From the NCBI GenBank assembly GCA_964016885.1, contig OZ024746.1:30380001-30444000 (forward strand): a DNA stretch of 64,000 bases, read 5' to 3'. Position numbers and translations under genes: made by a program. Of the stretch, positions 28,922 to 43,766 are shown piece after piece (position 1 is the first letter of the stretch; each line of letters begins with the position of its first letter). Source of the stretch: Eledone cirrhosa (lineage: Eukaryota). The notes below the pieces were generated by a model that did not search any database, was not told the origin of the DNA, and saw only the letters and a program-made list of their open reading frames with translations.

Positions 28922-31900
28922 AATGACAATGCCTATATATCTCCCAATACATAGTCGACATATATCTTATTGTCAGGAGCATTTTTTAATACTCATTAAT
29001 TTTACAGTTAAACTATTACGATTCTCGATATTGCAATATTACAATATCATTATAGTGTATATATTTTTATGTATTCTTATTTTGTAATTTTACTGGATCG
29101 AGAATGATTTTCGTTCTCTTTCACCGTTGGTTCACATATACATTGTAATTTAGTCGTAGTATAAGTTAAGAAGTTTGTTTTACAATCAGGAAGTCTCATG
29201 TTCGATTTCACTATCTGAGATCTCTCGTAAGTAACATTTCCTATAGTTTCTAGAGAACCAACGCCTTATGAACGGAACTGAATAAAGGAAATATCATTGG
29301 ACGAGTTGTATCTGTAATTCAAAAAAGCAAAACTTCTCATATATTGTATCTTTCCAAATATGCTTGTAAACTACACTAAGGTTATGTACGTCTGTGAAAT
29401 ACTAAATCACATTGTAATTCACAAGCTGGATATTCAGTTGATTGAACTAATGATAGCGCATCGTCGAAACCGACGAAGGATCCCTCGTAAGGAATCGATG
29501 GATTTGGCATCTTGTGCAATCAGCAATCTCAGAGAGGATATTGAAAACGTGTTACTCAGTCGACCACATAACTTACATTATTCTCAATAAACTTTCGAGA
29601 TGTTGCCACCATAATTTGGTGGGATGGGTAGGGCCAGATTTAGAAAGAGTGAAGGTTGGAGTCCCCTTGTATAAAGTTAAACCAGAAATTCTCACGAACA
29701 TTGATATCATATATTTTTAATTACTCATTGCGGGCCCTGCACTCTTGGTTCTGTCGGAATGGCGTCGTCGTGACATACGACGTGTTTTTAAATCTCTTAA
29801 AGCTACCGGTGTCTATATAGCTGCAGACTTGTAACAAAGTTCTGCTTTTGAATAACATCTACTTTTTGCCAGCTAAGTAGACAGCTAAAAGAATATTGCG
29901 TCTTTAACATTTAAAAACATTATTACACAGACCAGAACTAATCAACACGACAATTTAATTCACAGAAATATTTTTAAAACCAAAAAAGAAACAAAAAACA
30001 TTTGTATAAATTAACAAATATTTTATTCATAAACAATACAATATTTAATTCTACTATGGCATAGGTTATGCAAAGGAAGAAAATTATCTATCACACACAA
30101 ACACACACACAAAAATACATGCACAAACAAACACACACACACACTCGGTAGCGCACTCATTCTACAGACAGACTGCTTCTAAATTCCATGTGGCAGCTGA
30201 ATACATATCAACTTATTGTAAACTATAATCAGTGTGTAGTTATTCTCTTCAACCCTCTTTCCCTTCCATAATTGATTCGTCCCCCAACAAAGTAAATATA
30301 TTCTCCCTATTTCTGATCAACTGAACGATCTACTGATTGAATTAACGTGCAATGGGGTTGAGTATTCCATATACACATGTGTGCTCTTAAAATAGTTGAC
30401 ATGTCCAACAAAATATGTGACAAGTCCGGACCTTTCAATTACCGGTACAATCTATCTGATGAGCTTGCACACAATGTCCGTCTACTCAATGTCACTAACA
30501 ACCGCCAACTAATACGAGATTGATGAAGTATGACTAAAATGATTGGGGGGGGGGCTGATCTTATTGATGAAGTATGACTAAGATGATGGTGTAGCTGTTG
30601 ATCTTGTCATATATATCACAAAATAGTTAAGTTAAAACCTAGTCGGTAATGAGAATCTTATTGATAGAAGTGGAAGTATAAGACACTGCTTAAACGACGC
30701 TTTCTTTGTAAAGGGAACAAATTGGCAGAGTCGCTCGAGTGTCGGATTAAATGTCTCATGATTTGCTCCAACTCACTGCGTTCTCTGTTCAAATCCAGAC
30801 GAGATCAAATTTTACTTTCATGCTTTTGGGATCGACAAAATAAGTATTAGTTCATGAGTGATAGATTGACGGAAGTGTTAAAGCGTTGGACAGTCTCTTT
30901 GCAGTATCCGATTCCAGGTGTTACGACCGACATATTAGTATAGAAAGACCAATAGGAACTTTATCTGAAATAACGTCCAGCTCCTTTCTTCTGCCTGGTT
31001 TTGTGACCGGCAGATAACCTCAGCAATGGAAAGACCAATGGGAACTTGATCGAAACTTCTGTCAGGTGTTGCGACCGGTAGAAAGTACCAGCAAAGGAAA
31101 GAGCAAGAGAAATATTGTTTCCTTGGTTCGATCTGTTGAATAGCTTCTTTCTTTCTTTGTAAATCGTCTCAGTGTATTTCGGTTTTTGGCAATAAAGACG
31201 TATGGAAATCAACTTTTATATAAGTTCAACACATGTGTCATAGATTTCATGGAAAAAACAGGTCACATGACAAAGTCAACAAAGTCAGGTAAACAGCCAT
31301 TTTCAATATTGGAAATCGGTTGGAGAAAAGTTAGATGCGACAATATTATCGATTTCATCAACTAATTATCGCCAAGCCACAACTCTAATGTTATTAAAAT
31401 TATAGAAAATCTATACCTTCGTAATATCTAAAGACTTGGATATTGACTCACAAAAGCATTTGTTAACAATCTGATCACTTCATTGACTAACAAAGGCGGG
31501 GATTCGGCAGATTTGGAAAAATATTGGGTAAAATAATTTGCGCTAATTATTCCGACACAATGCACTCTGAATTTCCATTCTGCCGAAGCCTGTCCTACTT
31601 TGACATTCATTCTCTTGAGTTCGGTAAATAAAGTACAGAACTAGTACTGGGGTTGGATCTCCCTCTTTCTCTCTCATTCTCTCACCCCTCCTCTCTCTAT
31701 CTCCTTTCACTCCTCTCCCAATTTCCCCTGGAAGAATTCGGCTGTGTTCGGATCAGTAGAGAGGTAGGTTTTGCCAGGTTTAAAAGGCTCAATACACAAC
31801 ATTATGTGTGAACATGTCCCTAAGACTATCAAAGTTTCATGGCCCTTTACCTTTCTTAGATTTCTTCGTCGACAAATAAAGTACCAGTTATGCTCTGCGG

Positions 31901-32064
31901 TCTATTTCTCCTCTCATTCTCTCATTTCCCGGAATCAGCTATAGGAAAAGAGCAAGATAGGAGGGTTCACATCGCAGCTCGAAAAACAATTTCCCCATTA
32001 TAGAGAGATAGAGAGTCGGAAGGGGAATAAAGTGAGGGGGATGGAGAGAGTGTCAGAGTGAGGG

Positions 32065-32122
<58 letters not shown>

Positions 32123-32878
32123 ATTAATGTCAATAGTTACATGCCTACCATACAATGAATTCATGCTGCAGCGTAATGAAGTTATCCCAGTCACTGAGAA
32201 AGGAGAGAGGGAGAAAGAGAAAGAGAGAAAGAGAAGGGGGGGGGGCTAGAAAGAAAAGGGTTGAGAGAAAGGAATTGAGAGCCGTAGAGATAGAGAGAAA
32301 GTAAGACACAGAGTATAATGCATTTTCTCATGATAATGTTGTAAAGTAAAGAAGAATTAAAATTTATTCCTGCTTTCAACAAATCCGTCCGTCAAACTAT
32401 CCATCCATTCACTTATCTATCCAGCCATAGATAGATATACATATACATAAAACACATACAAAATACAAAGAACACAGCAGGATCGTTCCCTCTCTGTAGT
32501 GAGGAATCTACTTCCAGAAGTAAAAAAAAAAACTACAGATCAACAGTTTTCTGTTTTAAAATCCCTAATATAGAATATTAAGAACGAAATTGGTTTTCTA
32601 TCCATTCCACTTCTGTGGAAAAATACAGTGAATTCTCCCATGAATAGGAATAAATCCAGCAATTTATCCCGAGTAAATGTGCCAAATAATGGAAGTCTGT
32701 TTTGTTTTCTTTGGATTTCTAGTTTTCTGGAATGTTTGGTTGACGGGGAATATAAAAGGTAATTGAGGTTGTCAGAGAATGAAAGTATAGAATTCATCTC
32801 CACTCCACCTCTCCCTCTCTCTCTCTCTCTCTCTAAATATGCATACATATATCATATCTATATATATCTATGTATATG

Positions 32879-33655
<777 letters not shown>

Positions 33656-33785
33656 ATATAACTGCTCTGTAGAACAACTGATGTCATTACATTGAGCTAT
33701 TTATCTTACTAGTAATAAGGTAGTAATAGTTTACTGACCATCCCTTTTTATATTTTAAATATGTACATAACTATAAATAGTATCC

Positions 33786-33840
<55 letters not shown>

Positions 33841-33843
<3 letters not shown>

Positions 33844-36816
33844 TCATCATCATCATCATCACCGTTTTACGTCCGTTCTTCCACGCTAGCATGGGCTAGA
33901 CGGGTTCTCCTGTTGTGGGCAGTGTCTGGTCGGCTGACCATGCCTTGCTCATACAGGAACTGATTTGGCTTGATTTCTACAGCTGAATGCCCTTCCTAAC
34001 ACCAACCTCATTTACAGTGAGTGCTGGGTGCTTTTTCGTGGCGCCTACACGTCCACTTTACAGTGTGGGCTGGGTGCTTTTTTGCCGTGGCACCTCCACG
34101 ACCACCTTGCGGTGGAGGGGTGTGGGGGCATATTGTCTATATGCTTCAGCTTGTACCCATGGGAGGTCGGGTACTCTGTATTACTGCGTGACGCCAGAGG
34201 TCACGGTCGTGTGTCATTGCCTTTGATAGGTGTAATTGGGTAAGGTCGGCTTTTATCACCTCATCCCAGGTCATCTTGGGTCTCCCCACTCCGCGGTTTC
34301 CATCGACTTCTAGTGCTCTGCACCTTTTTATGCAGCTGTCATCCTTCATACGCATCAAATGTCCATACCAGCGCAACCGCCTCTCCTGCACACAGCATTT
34401 GATTCCTCTTATGCTCAGTCTCTCTCTCAATTTATTTATGCTTTGTCGTTCACGTATATTACTGTTACACATCCATCGGAGCATGCAGGCTTCGTTTCTC
34501 TCTAATCTACGTAAGTCTTCCACCTTCAGCGCCCAGGTCTCACTACCATGCAACATCGCTGTTCGGATACACGCATCATACAGTCTGCTTTTCATTCTGA
34601 GGGAGAAGCCTTTTGCAGCTAGCAGCTAGCAGTGGTAGTAGTTCCCTAAACTTCTTCCATCCCGTTCTTACCCTAGTTATTGTACTTTCTGAACACCCAC
34701 CTCCGCTGCTAATTCGGTCACCTAGGTAGCAGAAGCTGTCTACTGTTTCTACAGAGCCCTCCCAGAGATTGGTGGTACTTGTTTCCTGTGGCTATTTGCT
34801 GCTTGCTGTCCCAGCACAGCTGCTGCATGTGAAGCCTACATTCTTAATTAAGCTTCCTGAGATCCCGCTACATATCTTGTGTATCCATTGTTTGCATTTG
34901 GGGCAGAGAATGGAGTTCCTAACTACACCTTTCCTACATACTGAGCAAAGCCATTTCCCTGAGGGGATCTGGGTTCTGTTTTTTCGTCTACTTACAAGGA
35001 CCTTAGTCTTTGTCATTTGAGACCCTTTCTTTCTAATCCCTGCTTCCAAGTTTGGAATTTCTTCTCTAGTTCAACCATAGATTCAGCTATAAGTGCGAGG
35101 TCATCAGCATACAGGAGTTCCCATGGGCATCCGGTCTTAAACTCCTCCGTTATTGCCTGCAGGACTATGATGAACAGGAGGGGACTAAGAACAGAGCCCT
35201 GGTGGACCCCAACCTGTACGCTAAATTCCTCGCTATACTCATTGCTAATCCTAACTTTGCTGACTGCTCCCCTATACATGGCTTGTACCGCTTTCACAAG
35301 CCATTCATCTACTCCTAGTTTTCTAAGAGCCCACCAGATTACAGCACGTGGAACTCTGTCAAAGGCTTTCTCAAGGTCGACAAATGCCAAGTAGAGTGGC
35401 TTACTTTTAGTTAGGTACTTTTCCTGTAACTGCCTCACAAGGAAGAGGGCATCAGTGGTGCCTCTTCCTGGTACAAACCCAAATTGCATCTCGTCTATTT
35501 TCACCCGGTCCCTAATCAACTGTGCTATAACTCTTTCTGTTACTTTCATGACCTGGTCCATCAGCTTTATACCTCTATAGTTTCCTCTATCTAGTGCATC
35601 ACCTTTACCTTTGTAGCAGTTGACAATGATGCTACTGCACCAATCTTTTGGTATGACACCTTCTAGTATTACCTGGTTAACAATACGTGTGGTTATAGTG
35701 TGACCTACAGACCCAGATGCCTTCAGCATCTCGGCAGCTATACCCGATGGACCGGTTGCCTTCCCCATCTTCATATCTTTGATTGCCTTACTTACTACGT
35801 TGCTGCTGACTTGTACTGCTGGCCCCTCTATAGGGTCTACTTGGGGTAGGGTCTCTTCTTCCCATGCATTCTCCTCATTTAGTAATCTATCATAATGACT
35901 CTTCCATGCATCTTTCTTCTCAGCACTTGTGAGGGCAAGCTCACCTTTATCATTCCGGATACACTTCTCTCCAATGACATCACAACTCTCTCTGACACAC
36001 TGCCTCGCAATCTTGAACACCTCCTGTTTCTGGTCCTCACGTTGCAAAACATGCTTGAATTTTCTATCCTCTGCTTCCCTCCTAGCTAAGTATACTTGTC
36101 GCCTAGCTTCCCTCTTGGTCTCTATGTAATGTACCCTGCTCCTCCCGTTCTTCCATTCTTTCCATGCCTGTCTATTGGCCTTAACTGCCTCATCTACCTT
36201 ATTGTTCCACCACCAAGTCACTCTCCTCCTGCTTGAGGTCTTACTCCAGCCACAGACCTCATCCGTCGCCTCCAGTAAGTTATTTTTTAGGAACTCCCAG
36301 TTCTCTTCTACATTGAATGTCTTTATCTGTTCTTCTTTACTGTCGTAGGCGTTGAGTAAAATATCTTTAAATCTGTTACTGGTTGAGGGGTCTTTCAGCT
36401 TCCAGATCTTTCTTCTCCAGGTTGGCCTCTGTTTCCAGGTTCGTCTAGTTCTGACTGTGAGGTCGCTGACAACTAAGCTATGTTGGGATGTACATTCCTC
36501 ACTAGGGAAGGCTTTTGTGTTTACGACCGTCCATCTGTCACGTCCTCTGACTAGAGTGCTCCCATGATCTATAGGTGATCAGGTGGTTGTCGGGTTTTTT
36601 AAAGTTTGTGTTACATATCGACATGTCATTGGCGTCGCAGAATTCTAGAAGTCTGAATCCTTCCTCATTTCTTGTGCTAACCCCATGGCCTCCATGTACT
36701 CTATTGAAGCCGTCGCAGTGTTTACCTACGTGTCCGTTAAAATCTCCTGCGATGATTAGGAAGTCATTGTCGTCTGTTAGAGCAGTAGTGTGCATTAGGG
36801 ACTCGTAAAACCTATC
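33841..36816 (-). mobile_element. RTE-type LINE, 5'-truncated and frameshifted, in (TA)n
   Basis: APE motif AGDFNGHVG (36538-36795); RT motifs FVDLEKAFD, GVHQGSVLSPLLF, LLYADD (35013-36221); Cys-rich finger (34792-35049); C-terminus RRLRWYGH (34146-34595); (ATG)n tail. Confidence 0.95.
35013..36221 (-). CDS. Reverse transcriptase domain of RTE LINE ORF2 (fragment)
   Basis: 402-aa ORF with canonical non-LTR RT motifs. Confidence 0.9.
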   Translation of the reverse strand: MTWWWNNKVDEAVKANRQAWKEWKNGRSRVHYIETKREARRQVYLARREAEDRKFKHVLQREDQKQEVFKIARQCVRESCDVIGEKCIRNDKGELALTSAEKKDAWKSHYDRLLNEENAWEEETLPQVDPIEGPAVQVSSNVVSKAIKDMKMGKATGPSGIAAEMLKASGSVGHTITTRIVNQVILEGVIPKDWCSSIIVNCYKGKGDALDRGNYRGIKLMDQVMKVTERVIAQLIRDRVKIDEMQFGFVPGRGTTDALFLVRQLQEKYLTKSKPLYLAFVDLEKAFDRVPRAVIWWALRKLGVDEWLVKAVQAMYRGAVSKVRISNEYSEEFSVQVGVHQGSVLSPLLFIIVLQAITEEFKTGCPWELLYADDLALIAESMVELEKKFQTWKQGLERKGLK

Positions 36817-37056
36817 CTATATATATATATACACTGTTTATATATATATTGATACGAGGTTTGTCCCAAAATAAGGGTACTTATTTCCCCCATGTCCGAC
36901 ATGATAAAACAGGACTACTTTAATATATATACGTGTGGGGTATGACCTTGGCTGCACGTACATACTTATTTCAATATGATCGATTGAGTCAGTCATGAGT
37001 TATTACATCGAGCTTGACGCACGATATCAAAATAATAGTGGATTATTCCACTCTTA

Positions 37057-37105
<49 letters not shown>

Positions 37106-37348
37106 TCCTTCTTTCTATACACACACACACACACAACCATATATATATATATAGAGAGAGAGAGAGATTGAGAGAGAGACGGAGAGAGTGTGTGTGATGT
37201 GAATAGATATATAAATTATCAATTGTATTACGACTGTTCATATAATTGAGAAGAGTAGAGATTATATAAATATAATCTTATATTCTCCAACCAACAATAC
37301 AGAAACGAGAATTTATATTTCCATACATCATGGAAGAGCCTTCCACAG

Positions 37349-37525
37349 ATACGCCAAGGGCTGTGAATACATTGGCAGACAAATATTGTGAAGCCTATAG
37401 GTATATTTATTCATTGGGTCGTTATTGTAGCCTTAGTACGGGGCAGCTCTCGTTGTCTAGCTACTTAAGTACTAATTGCGAATATATTCCAACAGACCGC
37501 AGCTTTTTAAGAGGTCAACATCAAG
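37349..37525 (+). other. Possible host exon (177 bp, phase 1-1)
   Basis: ccttccacAG acceptor, open frame DTPRAVN...RGQHQG, strong donor AAG|GTAAGT; no recognisable homology. Confidence 0.2.
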
Positions 37526-37795
37526 GTAAGTTATAGGTGGACGTTTTCAATATTTCAAGGTTCTTTACTATGATTGGCGACCATTGATACAATAAATGTT
37601 TATACTTTAACAAATAGTTTCTCGTTTAATTGTTTGAAAATAAATCATACTAGTAGAGAGGTGAAGCCAATGAGATATATAGAGAGGGAAAGCGGAAAAT
37701 AAAAAATGAAAATAGTTATATTGTCATTGAATAAAGTGCTCAATATAATTTTTCCTTTTTCACTATGGCCATAATAATAGTGATTTCATTTATTT

Positions 37796-37842
<47 letters not shown>

Positions 37843-37843
<1 letters not shown>

Positions 37844-40800
37844 TTTTCTTTATTAACCACAAGGGTTTACATAAAGTAGACATTAAGTACAGTACAGGAC
37901 AATACAGGACGGTACAAATGGGCATTTCTGCGTGTAAAAAAAAACAGAGGATGTAATAAAAATAGCAATGAAAAGTTGCCCAATAGGGGGGAGACTTCCA
38001 AGGGACATTTGTGGAGAAAGCCCATTAAAAGACCACAGTGACCCTGACCACCAGGGCAAGTGCCCTCTCCCAGTTTTCCACCCTTAATTTACAGACACAT
38101 ACTCAGAGAAGGCCCTTTCATTCGGGCCATACTTGCTTCTCTCATCCATCTTTCAACAAAATGCTGGGAAGAGAGCACTTCCCTCTCTACCCTGATTTTC
38201 CTTTTCAAATGAAATTTTAAAAAGTTAATCAGGGCATCACCGAAGAGGTAAGTGCTCGTCTTCAGCCCTTTCAAACGTGTCCACCATACTATCTCTTTCG
38301 CCATGGCCACCAGACAGATAAAAACTGCCTGCCCTTCCCGGCTAAAGGAAGAGGGTGGGGCAATCCTCACGATGGACTCAGCTGATAGTTGGATCCGCCC
38401 TACACGTGACAGCAGGTGTTCGACATAAACCCATAAGTCAGCAATACTCGGACACTGGACGAGTACGTGCAGGAGGGTTTCGTCGCCCTGCGCGCATCTT
38501 GGACATGCCCGGCTGACGGCACCTCCATGCCTGTAGAGTTTATCCCGAACTGGCAAAGCTTCTCGGTAGCACTGCCAGACCAGGGATTTCTGGAAGTTGT
38601 CCATAGGCCCCGGCCCGAAAGTCCTTCCGAAGAGATTGGCTAGTTGATTTTCGTCGACGCCTAGAGTTTCTCCAAGTACGTCGTCGCTCTTCCCCTCAAC
38701 TAATCCCCTATAGAATGCCAAGGTGGAGTTTCCACCGATCACATTGCCCGATTGGTCGAGGGCTGTGAGCGCCTGAAGACATTCCAGTCTCCAAGCGCTC
38801 CCTCTCGGTCTTTGCTTGACCCAGGACTGCAGCTCCGTCAAGGAGACGAGCTGGGGAAAGACGTGTCTAGCAAACGGCGACCACACCTGATCACCGTCGA
38901 AGAAGAGGTGGAGATGTCGAAGCCTGAGCGCGTGTCTGCGCATCATTAGCCACGGCATGCCCAGCCCTCCACGTAGCGGGTGTTGACAGCAGATGGACCG
39001 CCTGACCATCGGAGCGCATCCCTTCCACAAAAAGCGAAAGAGCAAACGCTCCAGCGCAATCAGGCGGGGCTTAGAACAAGGTACGACGGTCAGGCGGTAG
39101 TAGATGACGGACGCGATGTACGCGTTAGCCACCTACGCTCGACCTTTCAGGGATAGCTTCCTCTCCGCCCATTTCTGGGTGAGAGAAGCCACCCTGCTCG
39201 TCACCTCGTCCCAGTTTTTGTCCGTCTGGAGGTCCGGACCGAACCAGACCCCTAGCAATTTAACCGGTCCGTCCGTCCAGCGCCCGACGGCGCTGTTGGA
39301 CGGCATGGACCTGCCTCTCCAGGTGCCGAGCTGCAGGCCCACTGACTTTTCCTGGTTGATCATTGCTCCTGTAACCGCTTTGTATTCTCTTAGTGTAGTG
39401 CCGATCGCCTCGATGTGTTTGGCGTTCGACACCACTACGGTGATATCGTCCGCATATGCTGACACGGATCTTCCGCATCCTAGTTCGCGCGGGACCCCCT
39501 CAACGTCTTCAGTTTGTGCAGTAATGGCTCGAGAGTCAATACGTACAAGAGGGACGAGAGGGGACATCCTTGGCGGACCGAGCGTATGATGTTGAACGGT
39601 TCCGTAAGGTGACCGTTCACTCTCACCACAGAGCAGATGTCTCTGTGCATGGCAGCGATCCAGCCTCTGAAGACGGGCCCAAAGCCTGCCGCCCTCAGGA
39701 CTGCCGCTAGGTAACGATAGTCGACCCTATCGAAAGCTTTCGACTGATATAAATTGATCAAGGACCCACCCGTGCCAGGTTCCCTAGCTACCCTCTCTAC
39801 GATGTATCGCATGAGGTGGAGGTTGTCGTGGATGGATCTGTCGGGAATGGAGCACGTCTGCGCCTCTCCCAGCAGACCACCAACGACAAGCGCCAACCTC
39901 TTTGCTAGCACCTTGGCCAAAATCTTGAACTCTGTGTTTAGCAGGGTTATGGGCCTGAAATTATCTATGTTATCCCCCTTGTTCGGATCCTTCTCAGCAG
40001 CGCCACAGCTCCTCGGCTCACAGAGCTGGGAATTCTCCCGTTCTGTTGCCAGTTGCAGTAGACGTCCGCCAAGAGGCCTCCGAACAAATCTGGCATATGT
40101 ACGTAAAGTTCATAGGGCAGACCATCCAAACCAGGCGATTTACCCCTTGTGCAGCCAGTCATTGCCTCCCGTACTTCAGCGGCTGTTATCGGCTTTTCGA
40201 AACACTCCGCCTCAGTGGCCGAGAGCCGCGGCAGTCCGTCGAGGTAGACACTAAAGTCCATCCCTCGATCCTGACCGCCGCTGCCCCCGAACAGTTGTGC
40301 GAAGTGTCGCTGAAAAGCTTCACACATTTGCCCGGGATCGAGTAGCATGCGCCTGTCGTGGTCCACCAAATACCGGATCGTGGCTTTGTTGCCACGACGC
40401 GCCTCCGCCACTCGGGCCCATTGAACCGCTTTCGTCCCCTCGTGTATGAGAGCACGCACCCTAGCTCTGACAACGCAGCCTTCGTGCTTTGCATTGAAGA
40501 ATTGGTCAAGGGCCAATTTCGCCGCAAGTACGTTAGTCGCGATGCCTTTGCTAAGCGCCTCGTCTAATGTTCTAACTAATTCTCCCTCTGCTCTATTTTT
40601 CTCTATTGCTAAAGCCTTACTAAACCTAATGGACTCTATTCTAATTGCTCTTTTCAGAGCAAACCACCACTTGTTGTTGACGATGGCCCCCGTCAACGCT
40701 CGCTTAACTAGTTCGCTAATCCGTCTCTGTAGGCCTTGCGCGCTGGTAAGGACGCGTTTAGCTTCCAGTAGCCGGGTCCTCGTCTATGAAGCCTATCTAA

Positions 40801-43690
40801 GTCAAGCACACAGATCACGAATTTGTGGTCCATGTAGCTGACTATCTTGAATTGTGGACAGCCTATGCTAGACCTATCTATTTCCCTACAAAATACTCTA
40901 TCTAGATATGATCTGAATGACCCTATGCGATTTGTCCAAGTCTTCATTGGCACATTCGGGAAATCCAATCGGTACCTTTCAGACAGTTCAAAACACCTGA
41001 GCAGGTTGGTGAGACTCTTGCACCCTCCTCCCCTATCCACTAATCCCACACAGTCCCAGCGTGCATCTAAGATCCCGTTCCAGTCGCCCACTAACACTAA
41101 AGAGCGGGACGTTCCAAGAAAGGTCTCCAGACGTCGGAAGAAATCAGGCCGCCCTGCTCCTGTCGAGGCATAGACGGCCACTAACCTGAAAGCTTGCCCG
41201 TCTCCGCTGGTCACGTCCAGAACCACCAACTTATCCTCTGGGTCCAGGAAGATGGCCTGTATGGAAAGATCCAAACCTCTTCGAAAAAGCACAGCAACTC
41301 CTCCCCCCGATCCCGGACGGCTGGGAGATGCGTACACATCGTAACCGCCGAAGATCGGTTCGAAGGCCCGTGCTTCGGAGAATCTGGTCTCGCTGATGGC
41401 CACTACATCTATGTTTAGTGACCTGAGGTCGTTGAGCAGGTGGCCCTGCTTCCATGACGACCCCAAGCCACGCGCATTTATGCTGCCTATTCTGAGTGAG
41501 GTCATGTTGAAATGGAGTGGAAAATATGGGAAAGACCACTTACCTTACTTCTCGTAGAGGAAGGACGGTTTCTCCATCCTTTTCACTGCTTGTGGCCTCC
41601 TCAGAAAGGATGACCCTATAAATCCTCCTGGAGAGTGCTTGTCGGAAGTCTCCGATGTCTTTGGGGAATTTTAGTGTCATGTACGTTTTCTGTGTGATGC
41701 GAGTGATTTGTATATGTGGAGGTGGTGTGAATTTTTGGGTTGTTGTGTCGTCTTTTTCTGTGATACTGGTGTTGTGTTGGATGTAGTGTAATAATTGCTT
41801 GTTGTTCAAATTTAATGCTGTGTAGTGTGTATCGTTTTGGTTGTTTTGTTGTGTTTGCGTTTGTTGTGGGTTTGTTTCTGTTTCGCATTTTGGTGACTTT
41901 TGTGGTATAGCTGATGGTGGTGTTGGGGTTAATGATGGTGATGGTGTTGGTGTTTGAGGTGATGGGGTTGGTGATGCTGGTGTGGATGGTGGCATGTCTG
42001 TCCTAACGTTTTTGTTTGATAGTTTATTTGTTTCCCTCTGTATTTTGTTTTTGGAGGTGGAAGGAAGAGAATTTTTTTCTTTTTTGGTTTCTTTTTTCCT
42101 GATACCGTTTCCCACTCCTTGTCGTCACAATCTGTCTCCAGTTGTGATAGGCCGGGGAGTGGAAAATCCTCCACAGGCGTTAGTTTTGGTTGTGGCGTGG
42201 TGGATGGTGTAGGCGCTGGTGTTAGTTCTGGCGCGTTGGGTGGTGGTAGTGTTGGTTTTGCTACTGTTGCTGGGGTTGTTGCTGTTACAGTTGCTTCTGT
42301 TGTTGCTGCTACAGTTGTTGCTGCCATCTCTGCTGCTGCTGGTCTTGATGGTTGAGTCACTGGGGTGGGTAGGAGAGGTGGCCTCATCCTTTTAGCCTGA
42401 GGGCAGAAAGCCCTTAGGTGGGTTCCTTCACCACAAACGACAGACCTAGGCCTTCTGCCCTCGACAATTACGGTGAGGTGGCTGCCGTCAGTGAGGTCTA
42501 TTACCTCTAGGATCTCCTCAATGCTTTTTTGGTCTGCTTTGATCAGGAGCTCCATCCCAGATCCGGACCAGTTCTCCTGCTTTTCTTTCGCTATTTCTAT
42601 TATCTTGGTGTTGGCTTCGATGCCGGCGAGGACGGCAGCTATTAGCCAGGGAATTTCGATGGCCGGTGGAACGTGGGTCACCCTGATCTTTACGAGTCTC
42701 TGGCCACAATAGCTTGGGACGAGTGTGAAGTCGTCACATTTAATGGGGCCATGGAGTGTTCTCTAGCCTCCTGTGGTGTTTCAAAGAACTCGTCCACGGT
42801 TCCATACTTCTGCCCACGTCTGATGTGGGTTTTTTTGCCCACACATGTCCCAAAGCTTTTGGGATTTGGGACTCGGATGCTTGTTCCACTCGGCGCGATT
42901 TTATATTGATTGTTCGATAAGACACGGTGCATAGGCGCCGATGCTCCATTTTATTAGATGGGGGTGAGGCTAAACCCTGTATCCATCTTTCTTTACCATT
43001 TTGGGGGCTTCTTCTAATTCCTCCTGAGTTACGTGAAATGCTTCGCACTGTTTTGCTACTCTGGCAAAACTCAGGGTGGTTTTCTTAATGTCATTGTTGC
43101 TGTTGTTGCTGTTGTTGTTATCGTTATTTTTGTTATTATTAATTTTAGTTTCAGTTGTGGTGGTGGTGGCGTCAGTGGTGTTCGGTGTGGAAGAGTTCAT
43201 TTTGGTTGAATTCATTTCGATATCACGAGTTAATTTATTTTTTTCTTTTGTTTCTGTTGTCGCGGTGGTGGTGGGGGTGCTGGTTGTCGCGGTGGTGGTG
43301 GTGGTGATGGCGGCTTTAACACCTGTAGTCATTGGTAATGGCGGGAAATGAACGTCTGCCTGAGACAAATTTAAAATATTGCTACTGCTTATATCTTTAG
43401 TGTTGGCAAACGTAGTAATATTTGCAATGGTGGTGTCGGTGTGAGGTGTTAGTTTGTGAGAAAGGAGTGAATATGAGTCAGCCATGATGTTTCAAAGAAA
43501 CATTTTTGTTTGATAATTATAAAAGTTTAAATTTTGGGCTCAATCTTTTTGAGTGTCCTTTTCGGAAAACAATGTATGTGCGCTTATATACAGTTAACAA
43601 TAAAAATTTTCCATAAATGGAAATTTTTTACAAACGAAAACAACAAACTTTGCGGAGCTCACGATGATACGATTTACTACGTAGGTCGCC
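37843..43690 (-). mobile_element. Apparently full-length Tx1/L1-clade non-LTR retrotransposon in (AAT)n
   Basis: ORF1 pieces 43485-41540 (decayed zinc knuckle SVVCGEGTHLRAFC); ORF2 41505-38089 with APE (SINARGL, GDWN, YLDRVF, DHK, PGYWKLN), RT (KAFDRV, VRQGCPLS, AYADD) and CPRC..H...C finger; (AAT)n on both flanks. Confidence 0.93.
38089..41505 (-). pseudogene. Tx1/L1 ORF2 (APE-RT-zinc finger), broken into five ORFs by frameshifts and a stop
   Basis: ORFs 40708..41505, 39965..40696, 39480..39920, 39133..39567 and 38089..39132. Confidence 0.92.

Positions 43691-43764
<74 letters not shown>

Positions 43765-43766
<2 letters not shown>

Noticed and set aside
30455-30500. Isolated CTGATGA (also near 27124, 51334 and 61213)
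   Set aside because: No stem II plus GAAA arrangement; expected by chance.
30961-31212. 83-aa ORF in non-repetitive sequence
   Set aside because: No recognisable motif or convincing splice signals; cannot be assigned.
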